The notes below the pieces were generated by a model. The model saw only the letters and a list, made by a program, of their open reading frames with translations. It searched no databases and had not been told where the DNA came from. A DNA stretch of 63,677 nucleotides, filler included, from Kipferlia bialata (taxonomy: Eukaryota), in assembly GCA_003568945.1 (NCBI GenBank). It is 4 parts of 4 records of this genome, joined end to end, with 100 filler letters (N's around TTAATTAATTAA, not from the genome) between each part and the next. Parts side by side here need not be neighbours in the genome. Positions count along the whole stretch, not along the records: positions 38,320 to 57,299 come from BDIP01000447.1; 3 more parts are not named here. The stretch is one strand, 5' to 3'. Position numbers and translations under genes: made by a program. This document shows, piece after piece, positions 42,305 through 54,956 of this stretch (positions within the stretch are counted from its first letter, which is position 1; each line of letters begins with the position of its first letter).

Positions 42305-45300
42305 GTCATAATGCTGGAGGCACTGGTGTGGTGCAATACCTGGACATTTGTAAAAGAATGTGTGTATGAACACTTATATATATACAGAGAGGGGGGGAGA
42401 GAGAAAATAGAGAGAGAGGTCTATACTATGCTAGAGGCACTGGTGTTCAATACCTAGACTTAGTGTATAACTGTATAATTACATGCATACATTGAAGGAA
42501 TGTAAAACGTGTAGCGTTACCAAAGGGAGAAAGAACAGTTGACATGTAAAAGAAAATACTATGCATGAGATATACACATTATGATGTACCTGTGCCTCTC
42601 GCTCTGTAGGCATATATACTAATATCTTTACACATGTATATATACTTATACAATACCATATACCTGTGCCTCTCTCTCTGTGACCAGGATGGACAAGTGC
42701 ATACACACAAATATTGATACCAAGGAATGTACTATATATGTATATATATATATATGCAATTGCAAATGGATGTGCTGTACCTGTGCCTCTCTCTCTGTGA
42801 CCAGGAATTGTATCCCTCAATACTCTCTGTACATATCTATGTTAATACCTCGTGTCGTATGGGTCTGCCTCTGCACTGAATATCCTGGCAAACAGAGCAG
42901 TGTCACCCACATTCTCCCTAGTGTCAGACAATATCTACCTATCTATCAATAAATAGTAGTCTACAGTATATACATACATATATATATAACTATATATCCT
43001 GGCAAACAGGGCAGTGTCACCCACATTCTCCCTAGGGTTAGATGATAATGTATATATACCCACATTCTCTCTAGGATAAGATGGCAGAATATAGTACTCA
43101 TACCTAAATATATATATTACTGTGAAATACACATAATAGAGTATTCACTGATATTGATACAGGTATATGGCAAACAGGGCAGTGTCACCAACGTTCTCCC
43201 TGGCGTTAGAAGACAATCATCATGAATCTTTATAAGAAGTAGTGAGTCTACAGCATACATTCATATGTACATATATATGTATGTATACATGTTATATTAC
43301 TATGTATTGGCAAACAGGGCAGTGTCACCAACGTTCTCCCTAGGGTTAGATGATATTGTCTATGAATACATCAAGAACACTTTTTGGAAACAGAATGAGA
43401 CTTCGCTGATATTCACACTATCATACCTCAGCTTGTCTGCTATGACCTCTAGCAATCTGAGGTGCACAAGGAGGGACTGGGATGAAAGGGAGAGAGAGAG
43501 AGAGAGAGAGAGAAGTGCACAAGTAGGGACAGGGATGGGAGGGAGAGGGATATGGCGAGACAGGGAGAGAGATGTATGTACAAACTTCAATTGAAGAGAA
43601 AACTAACAAACACACACCTACATACATATATACACATACGCACCTGCGACGTGGGATAGTCCCCCTGGGGCAGGATGAAGCCATCGCTCATCTCGCTGTC
43701 CTCCTTCTCCCTCTCTCTCTCCCTCTCCCCCTCAGAGTCACTGTCGTTTTCTCTCTCTCTCTCCCTGTCCCTCTCTGCCCGTCTGGCTGCCGCGGCCTCT
43801 CTCTCTCTCTCCATCTCCCTCTCCCTCTCTGCATGTCCTGATACCACACCCGCTATGTGACCTATCAGCCTGCCACTCTCCTAGGGGTTAGGAAGATGAA
43901 CCACGGCCACATTAAAGAGCACATACATATATATATGTACCCACCTTGTATGTAGCCAGTATCCATGTGATGCACCCTGACCTCATGCACGTGGTCAGTC
44001 GGGACACACAGTCCAGGGGAGGAAGACTACCCTGAAGATAAGATAATACATATATATAGTATAAGTATATACATATATTTGTATGTGTCAGTCGGGACAC
44101 ACAGTCCAAGGGGGGTAGGGAACCCTAAGGTAAGTATATAGTGTAGAGTGTACTATACACTTAACACAGAGTATATATGTACAAGTATATAACAATGCCA
44201 CCAGGGAGAGACCCCTAGGATTAGAGCGCTAACGTAAATTGCATGTATATATATGATCAGTTACACTCACCACTGTATCCATACATGCACTGGTGAGTAG
44301 TCCCACCACGTCTGGGGGTATGCTACAAGTATAGTATTCTCTCTCTATATATACATCCATACTCACCACCGTGTCCATGCATGCTGATGTCAACAGTTCC
44401 ACCACATCAGGGGGTATCCTGGATGCATTGCAGGGGTCGGCCTGCAGAAGGGCATCTAATAAGGCTAGACCATACCTAGAGTATGAGTACATATGTGTGT
44501 GTGAGAGAGAGAGGGGGGGGGGAAATGAGAGAGGTATCCATGTGGGCCACTATGTTCTTATATTGGAAAACCCGATGCGTCAGAGAATAAAACATATGCT
44601 ACTCTACGAATTACGCGCTGTCTTACATTGGAATAGGCGATGCATCTGACAGCATCGGTCTGATGAATGTCAGGGCCTGCTTGAAGTAGTGGTTGTAGGT
44701 TCGGGACAGGGTCTGGAGATCGCCAAAGCGGAGGCGCTCGCCTAGAGGTGAGATACAGGTGAGTTATTATATGTTACAAAGATATACACGTACATATATA
44801 TATAGTGAGTATATAAATGTGCAGTTGGAAGTCCGCAGAGCGGAGGCCTTAAGATATGCACTATGAATACAATCTCAAAGTACATTGTCACCCCACCTGC
44901 GACTGCCCCCTCTCTCTCTATATATATATAGTGCACTATACTCTACATCATACATATAGATACTATACCTGCGACTCCCCCCTGCCCCCTCTCTCTATAT
45001 ATATATACAATGCACTATACTCTACACCATATATATAGATACCATACCTGCGACTGCCCCCCCTGCACTCTCACTGACGGTGTAGTAGACACGCTTGTCG
45101 TCTCTGTTCTGATGGTGAGGGGGGGTATACATACATACATACAAATATTTAAAAATACGGGGTAGAGAGAGTACGTCTCTGTTCTTATGGGGAGGAGGCT
45201 TACACTTACTATGCATCTAGATACTACATCTACACACCTCGTTAGAGGTTCATGCCACTGACATGAACCTCTCCCTCTATATACATGTTAGCTATATATA

Positions 45301-46947
45301 TTACCTCCTTTGATACCGCCACTGTGAGCTGGTCCATCCCACTGATACTGGGAGTATCTCTCTCTCTTTCTCTCTCTCTATACTATACACATTAATACTG
45401 TACCTCCTTTGACACTGCCACTGTCAGCTGGTCCATCCCACTGACACTGGGAGTGTCTCCATCTGAGGCCTTGCCCCTGGACTCATACTGGGCAACAACA
45501 CGTCTGGGTGTAAGATAGAGAGAGACCAAGGGAGTATATCGCAGTGGCCTGTACAAATAACGTTCATATCTCATGTATGTATTCAACTACACTTCTTTAC
45601 CTCAGCCTGTGGGGACTGAAGTCCCTGGACTGTCCGATACAACATATATATATATCCCTTTACATCAATGTAGGAATTACTTTGCCACTATACCTCAGCC
45701 TGTCGGGACTGAAGTATATATAATATATCTATGCCACTATACCTGAGTCTGTGTGGACTGAAGTCCCTGGACTGTCCGATACAGGCCAGACAGTTGACAA
45801 TGGCATAGGCAGCCCTCTCCCTGGGTGTGAGTGTACTAATACAGGAACATGACAAGTGACAACTGTCTACCTGACAATAATGGTATATTCATCACGAAAT
45901 CTCACGATAGAGGGCAGAGACAGCGACATGTACTACACACTAAATACATTCATAGAGATACAAATATATCTCTACCTCACTGTATCCTCTGCCATGTGGG
46001 TACTCATATTGTATATACGTACACATAGACTACTACACTACACTACACGTAAATACTGATACACACACACATATATATGTGTGTGGGTGTATCTAAATAA
46101 TACTATACCTCACTGCATCCTCTGCCATGTGGGTGCTCATGATCTGGAACAGGCAGTGGATGTAGGCCTATCAGTTAGTACACATACATATAGTATTGAA
46201 TTAAGTATTCGTCCGCACTCATATTTGAATATGCCATTCTTACAAAGTGTATACAGTAAACATCGGCCTACATACCTTTGACACCCTTCTGACGCATCTC
46301 AACAGGGGCACATGGGACATGGAGGCACACATCTGGCATTAAGGATAGTGTATGGGGACAGGTATACAAGTATATATATATACAGAGAGAGAGAGAGAGA
46401 GAGAGAGAGCGGTACATGGGACATGGAGGCACACATCTGACATTAGGGGTGCAGAGGGACAGACCAATGCGAACATACACATATATATAGCTACACATAC
46501 CTCCAGTAGGTTCTGTGTGAAGAAACTCTTCCTCTTGACAGACTCTCACTCTCTCTCTCCCTCTACCAATATATACAAGATGACAGCTATATATACCTCC
46601 AGTAGGTTTTGCGTGAAGACACTCTTTCTCTTTACAGACTTGATCTCTGCGGCACGGGAGAAGGACTCACAGCTGGGGTAAAGGGTGCAGTGTGTGTGTG
46701 TGTGTTTGTAAGCTATGTATATAGATGTACTCACGTGAATTCCACTATGTGCTGGTTGAGCACCAGTGGACAGAGGGCAGTGCTGTCAACTAGGAGTGGT
46801 GCAATGACGTCATAGGCATCCAGACAGTTACGGGGGATCCTGAATTAAGGGTCTAGGGAAAGAGAGAGAGAGAGAGAGAGGGTGCAATGACATCATAGGC
46901 ATCCAGACATAGTATGTCTAGTTACGAGGTATCCTGGAATAAGGGTC

Positions 46948-46981
<34 letters not shown>

Positions 46982-49900
46982 CAGCATGACATCATAGGCA
47001 TCCAGACAGTGACGGGGGATCCTGCAATAAGGGAGGGAGATAGAGAACTGTTACCATTTCACAGACATCTAGATAATGGTACGCACCTGTTATCTGCGGG
47101 GTCTGCGTTGTTGTATGTCAGCAGTGTCTGCATGGCACCAGACACACCCACAAACAGACAGGACAGGGTGTCCCTGAGATAAGGGTGCAGAGAGAGAGAA
47201 AAAAAAAAAGAGACTGTACGAACTTTGTGTGGGTGTCCTTCTTATCCACATACGATTTCATTTACAAGTATGTAATATATGTCAACTCAACAATGTGATA
47301 TTTGCACTTAACTGGTGTATGTATCCTACGGGCTGCCTGCCAGTCTTTCCACAGTATACTAAACACACGAACACCATATACACTCCGCATACCAAGTACA
47401 GATCCTATATCATCCTATACACACCATACATCTACTACACATACCTGGTATATGTGTCCTCTGGTCTGTCTGCCAGTCTTCCCATCAATTACAATTATAT
47501 ACATGCAGCATGAATATACATATCTGGAAAAGTTGTATACACAATATAAATGTCTGTACTACACATACCTAGTGTATGTGTCCTCCGGTCTGTCTGCCAG
47601 TCTCCCTCCCTATGATATGTATGCACAACACATATATTCACCATGTACACTACAATTCCTAGAATATGTATATATATGTACTATACCTAGTGTATGTATC
47701 CTCCGGTCTGTCTGCCAGTCTTCCTGCCACCCTAAGGGCACGAAGCATGTCACTGGTCAATATCACCTGGTGTTAGAATTGTATATGTAGAGAGAGAGAG
47801 AGAGAGAGAGGGCACGGAGCATGTCACTGGTGAGGATGACCTAGTGTTATATATACAGAGAGAGAGAGAGAAAGAGAGAGAGGGAGAGAGAGAGAGAAAG
47901 AGAGCATGTCACTGGTCAGGATGACCTTGGATATGAGTGGTATGCACAGTCGTACCCATGACCAGTATATACACATATGAATATCACATAGCGTGATGTA
48001 AAGGTCAATAGGCAAGTATACCTCTGGGTCATGCTTTGTCAACAGAGCTAGTAGCAATACAGCCTTGGCCCTGACCAGTCTGTGCCGTCTGGTAGAGGCA
48101 ACGGCAGACACGTGCTAAGGGTAAGTAGATGTGGGGTTAAGTGGTATATATATGAATATATGTATATATATATATATACATATATATATATGATAGAGTC
48201 TGTGCCGTCTGGTAGAGGCAACCGCTGATACATGCTGAGAGTGAGAGAGATCGATTCATATTGCATCAGAGTATGAACACATACCTTACTAGCTATTGTG
48301 ACCATCTGGAACAGGACCTTCTTCTTGTAATACATATATATATACATATAAGTATACATATATATACATACACAGTCAATATCCCCATGATTAAGTACCT
48401 TTGATGCAATGGTGACCATCTGGAACAGGACCTTCTTCTTGTCATCCTGCAAATGCCGCAGAAGCCTGGCGTTATAAGACTCCAAAAAATACGTATTCAA
48501 TATAATGACAGTATTATACATATACTCTATAAATATCTACTGATTGTCATCCTGCAGGTGGCGCAGAAGCCAAGGGTTAGTGGAATCAATACCATCCATA
48601 ACATGCCGAGGTAATGAATACATGTACACAAATACAAATAAGAATGCTATCTGAACTACCTCCTGGCTGGACTGTCTAGAGCCATGTTCAGACACAGTAT
48701 ATCGAGGAGGTGTATATAGACATACATCAATCCACACCCACACCCACACCCACACACACATATATATACATCTGTATATAGGTATATACAGTGTATATGA
48801 TATACATACCTTCTTGGTGGACTGTCTAGTGCCATGCTCAGACACAGTATGTTCAGGGTGTGCTGCTCTGCTAACAGGGAGGAGTGGGTGAGGAGGTCAC
48901 CTACTCTACCAATGAATATCTATAGTTAGCAACCCTTCCGATGAATATCTAGAGGGAGGGAGAGAGAGAGAAGCTGCTCAGGCAGCACGGACTACAGAGT
49001 GTTGATCAGGTGTGGGTCCGCCACTCTCCCAAAATACAAACATGAATATATAACAATAATGAATGTAGAGAAATTTACACCTAAGGAAACAATGTGTTCA
49101 GATGCCATATGTACATAAAACATATGTATGTGTGTACCCATACATACCTGGTCGAGGATCTTGAGCAGGAACTCCCTGTAGGCAATGGACAGACCTGTGG
49201 GTGAGATAGAGGGCTATTGACTGGATTTCTAGATAACTCATCACTTCAACGAGTGTTTAGATACGTAACTCCCACATATACATACTCATACCCACCTGAC
49301 ATGACACTCATGACCTCCCCACTGAGTGCTGTGTTGCTGAAGGCAAGGAGGAGGGCATTCATGACCTGGACGTAAAGGGGTGAAGAGAGAGAGAGAGAGA
49401 GAGAGAGTGGGCTGAAGGCAAGGAGGAGGGCATTCATGACCTGGAGGTTAGTATACATATATGTGTATATATATACTAGATGGGGCCAATTAGAGAGAGA
49501 GAGATTCAATGGGGAAGGCAAGCAGGAGGGCATTCTTGACCTAAATGTGAGAATATATATGTTTGTGTATATATATGGGGCCAGAGAGAGAGAGAGAGAT
49601 TTACTATTCAATGGGGAAGGCTAGGAGGAGGGCGATCATGACCTTGAGGTTAGTAGAGAGAGCCAGAGAGAGAAAGATGAATCAATGTACCTCTCTCTTG
49701 CACACCACTGAGACATAGTGTGTGCACACAAAGACCACATTGCACAGCAGGGTGACACACATGCGCTGCAGGACCTGGACATTAATGGCGAGAGTAGAGA
49801 GAGAGAGTAGTAGATAGTATGACATTGACCCAAACGAAGATCTTACAATGATACACGGTACAATTATTATACAGAGTGTATATATATACCTGATCTGCAT

Positions 49901-52216
49901 CTCCCAACATGGATGGCAGTATGCTGACAAGATCATACACGTATATACATACATACACTCACTATACATGTATATACCTGGTCACTGTCTCCCAGCATGG
50001 ATGGCAGTATGCTGACAACCACAGACTCGGGTAGGGGGTACTCCTCCTGGAGGGACTGGAGGAGAGAGCCTATATGTAAGTATATACACATACAGATACA
50101 TACATAGAAGATAGAGAGAGAGAGAGACAGAGGGTACACCTCCTGGAGGGACTGAAGCAGAGAGCCTATATGTAAGTATACACAAATACATATTCATGTA
50201 TATATATAGAGAGAGAGGTAGACGTATTCGTCTAAATAATAGGTTGCAAGAGTGAGACTACACAAGTATGAATGACATACAATAACATACCGTAGTGCTG
50301 TGCGTCTGACCTCATGACCAGTGTCATTAACATAGACCCTCANNNNNNNNNNNNNNNNNNNNNNNNNNNNNNNNNNNNNNNNNNNNNNNNNNNNNNNNNN
50401 NNNNNNNNNNNNNNNNNNNNNNNNNNNNNNNNNNNNNNNNNNTTCTAATTACTACACTCACACTGGAGGCAGGTGGCTCTCTGCCCTTGTCCCTCAGCCG
50501 CTGGATATACTCTATACATATGCATATATATATATATATATTATGTACTATTCAAATGTATACGTACACTAGCTGGTGGCTCTCTGCCCTTGTCCCTCAG
50601 GCGCTGGATCTTGGCAGCCTCCTGTCTGACCTGGGTGAGTAAAGGGTGTAGGGGGAGAGAATTAGGGGTGTAGGCGAGAGAATTAGGGGGGAAGCCGGAG
50701 AATTAATTAGGGGTAGAGAGAAATACACCACTGTAAGGCAATATATGATAATGAGAGTAACATTGTACATCATATAGAACAAACCTGTGTCCTACGCTTC
50801 TCCAGTCTCTCGCGCTCAGCACCAAGCAGGCCTGGTGTTAGGGGTGTAGGGGGAGACACACAGGGAGACATGTTTACGCACTCTATTTGATTGTGTCAAA
50901 GCATGAATGGTGTTACCTGCGAGTGCCCTCATGGAGAGTGTCCTGATTCCATGGTCCTTGCCCCCCTTCTCTCTCTCTCTCTCTCTCTCCCTCTCCTTCC
51001 CAAGTCTCAACAGAAGGGACAGCAGGGGACGGGCAGTCTCAGTCCTCAGAGAGGGACCACATCTGTGGGTGAGTGACTCTACACCTCTATACACAATAGA
51101 TAATGTACTTAGAGTATACTGATAGCAGGGGACGGGCAGTCTCAGTCCTAAGGGAGGGACCACACCTGGGGGTAAGATATTGATTGAAATCATCGGATAT
51201 ACTGGATATGCAGTAGAGAGGCAGAAGATTCATGTATACCTAATCAACACAGCCAGACACACAATGATGACCATGCTATACATACTATAGAGTATCTATA
51301 ATGCACATATGTACATACATGTAAATATGTACCTGATCAGCACTGCCAAGCACACAATGATGACCCTGGTGTGTGGGACATCCCTGTCCTTCTCATCCTT
51401 CTCTCTCTCTCTCTCCTTCTTCTCCTTGTCTGTGCTGACTAGGGGGGCTAGGATACCACCTGCTATAAGAGAGTAGTATGAGGCCACTATTCACTTTGCT
51501 ATATGAATAGTATCAATTCAATATGTTCAGTTGTACTCTTATGTACTGACCAGGGGGGCTAGGATACATCTTAAGCATTACTTACACCTATACGACACCT
51601 ATCCTCACGGCCAGGTGTCTCTATATACACTCTATCATTTATATTCTAATACACATACATAGCATGATAGAAATAGATACACTACACATACCTATCCTCA
51701 CGGCCAGGTCTGTCTGCACACACTCTGCCATGGACTCAACAACCTAGGGGTTAAGGTATATACATACATATATATATAGAGAGAGATAGACATACAATCA
51801 TAGAGGGTGAGACAGAGATACACTCTGCCATGGACTCCACAACCTAGGGTTGAGTACAGCATGTACAAATAGACATATTCATGAAAAGATGTGTATATAT
51901 ATATTATATGTACCTGAGGCGTGAGTCCCGGCAGAGGTCCCTCACGTCGGAGTATACATACACACAAAATCATATATATATATTGATACATAACCCTTCT
52001 AATATACATTATTAATACCTGGGGTGTCAGTCCTGGCAGGTCCCTCATGTCCTGGGGCATACACATATCAATCTATATATCTCTACCTAAATACAATTCA
52101 TCTATATATCTATATTCATACAACAATACATTATATACCTGAGGTGTCAGCCCCGGCAGGTCCCGCATGTCCTGGGGCAGAGACCCAGGGGCTATGGAGG
52201 GGACACTGGGGGTGAG

Positions 52217-52250
<34 letters not shown>

Positions 52251-54808
52251 TAGTAGGGAACAGACAACTAATATAGACGCAATATTGATAAGAGACCCAG
52301 GGGCTATGGAGGGGACACTGATGGTGAGTATATATATACATAAAGAGAGAGAGAGAGTGANNNNNNNNNNNNNNNNNNNNNNNNNNNNNNNNNNNNNNNN
52401 NNNNNNNNNNNNNNNNNNNNNNNNNNNNNNNNNNNNNNNNNNNNNNNNNNNNNNNNNNNNNNNNNNNNNNNNNNNNNNNNNNNNNNNNNNNNNNNNNNNN
52501 NNNNNNNNNNNNNNNNNNNNNNNNNNNNNNNNNNNNNNNNNNNNNNNNNNNNNNNNNNNNNNNNNNNNNNNNNNNNNNNNNNNNNNNNNNNNNNNNNNNN
52601 NNNNNNNNNNNNNNNNNNNNNNNNNNNNNNNNNNNNNNNNNNNNNNNNNNNNNNNNNNNNNNNNNNNNNNNNNNNNNNNNNNNNNNNNNNNNNNNNNNNN
52701 NNNNNNNNNNNNNNNNNNNNNNNNNNNNNNNNNNNNNNNNNNNNNNNNNNNNNNNNNNNNNNNNNNNNNNNNNNNNNNNNNNNNNNNNNNNNNNNNNNNN
52801 NNNNNNNNNNNNNNNNNNNNNNNNNNNNNNNNNNNNNNNNNNNNNNNNNNNNNNNNNNNNNNNNNNNNNNNNNNNNNNNNNNNNNNNNNNNNNNNNNNNN
52901 NNNNNNNNNNNNNNNNNNNNNNNNNNNNNNNNNNNNNNNNNNNNNNNNNNNNNNNNNNNNNNNNNNNNNNNNNNNNNNNNNNNNNNNNNNNNNNNNNNNN
53001 NNNNNNNNNNNNNNNNNNNNNNNNNNNNNNNNNNNNNNNNNNNNNNNNNNNNNNNNNNNNNNNNNNNNNNNNNNNNNNNNNNNNNNNNNNNNNNNNNNNN
53101 NNNNNNNNNNNNNNNNNNNNNNNNNNNNNNNNNNNNNNNNNNNNNNNNNNNNNNNNNNNNNNNNNNNNNNNNNNNNNNNNNNNNNNNNNNNNNNNNNNNN
53201 NNNNNNNNNNNNNNNNNGTCTAGGGGGGTACTGGGCAGCTACAGTTAGAGATAAATGTCTTAGTAGTGGAATGATACATATATATAGAAAATACAGTATG
53301 TACTATACAATATACACCTGGCGTACTAGGCGTAGGTGGCACCTCCCCCACCGTTGGTGCAGTTAGGAGTGTATATATAGTAGACATATTGTAGGGTATA
53401 TATGTATATATGTGTATTGAACTACTATTACCTGGCGTACTAGGCGTAGGTGGCACCTCCCCCACCGTTGGTGTGGCAGGGGAATGTTGTATATAGTATA
53501 CATACAGCCATGTATATAGGTATGTATATATAATACCTGGTGTACTAGGTGTGGGTGGCACCTCCCCCACCGTTGGGGTGGCAGGGGGGACGGACACAGA
53601 GACACCGGCTGGGGAGGTAGCTGTCGCTAAACGTGAGGGAAAGAGAGAGAAAGAGAGAGAGAGGGAGGGAGACAGAGACACCAGCTGGGGAGGTAGCTGT
53701 AGCTGAGTATGAGAGAAAGAGAGGGAGGGAGAGGGAGGGAGAGGGTGAGGGAGACAGACACGACGGCGGAGGATGTAGATATAGTTGCTGAGTTGAAGAG
53801 AGAGAGAGAAAAAGAGAGAGTACCTGGAGTGCCAGGGGCAGTATCAGCTGCTACCAGATGTCTGGCAGGTACATAGGGGGTGACCTGGGGGGTCAGCAAG
53901 GGTAAGACGTACACGTGCTCCATTGTTGTCCCACATACAAACACATAGACATACCTCTGCACCCAGCGGTGTCCCCTCCTCTCTACCGCATTTGTCTCTC
54001 TCCCCCACCCCTCCTTCTCTCTATATCTCCATATCTATATGTATATATATACCTCAGCCCCGAGCGGTGTCCCCTCCTCCCTCTCCATGGTACTCTCGGC
54101 CACAGAGGCAGAGACCTGGGGTTAGCACAATATGCACAAATGATACTCTCTTACCGCTGCGTGTTTTGCACGTACCAACACTATTCAGTACAGAAGATAG
54201 AATGCAGTATTTTTAGCATATATAGAACATCATTCTACCTGTGCAGCATGTTTGGCCTGTGCCAGTCTTACTGCACTCTATACAAACCCTGTATCTATCT
54301 ATCTATCTATATTATATATAATTATTGTATATAGTACCTGTGCTGCATGCTTGGCCTGTGCCAACAGCCTCCTATAGAGGTGATAGGCCATAGTATATAT
54401 ATATATATATATACTGTATATATGAATAATAGAGTGAGTATACACTACCTGTGCTGCATGCTTGGCCTGTGCCAACAGCCTCCTATAGAGGGGACTGGAC
54501 AGGAACTGCTGGAAGCCAGGCTGCTGTTAGAATGGGAGAATGATATACAGATTGATAGCACAGCAAAACAATACTGGACAAGATTATCCTCTTCAATATA
54601 GTCATTCACTGGAATTCTTGTAATAGTGGATACCTGAGGGGCGAGTCTGGATCTGAGCTGACTCTTCGCCTTCTCCTTCTTCTCCTTCTCCTTCTTGAGT
54701 CTCTCTCTCTCTCTCTCCATCTCCCTCTCAGCCTTTGCTGCTTCACTCATGTCCTCCTCATCAACCACAGGGGGAGGGGGAGGGGGGGCAGGGACCTGTG
54801 ATTAAGGG

Positions 54809-54859
<51 letters not shown>

Positions 54860-54914
54860 ATAATCAACCACAGGGGGAGGGGGAGGGGGGTGGGGACCTG
54901 GGGGTTAAGGGTGT

Positions 54915-54956
<42 letters not shown>

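Noticed and set aside
52285..53223. 312-aa ORF
   Set aside because: It is almost entirely N gap.
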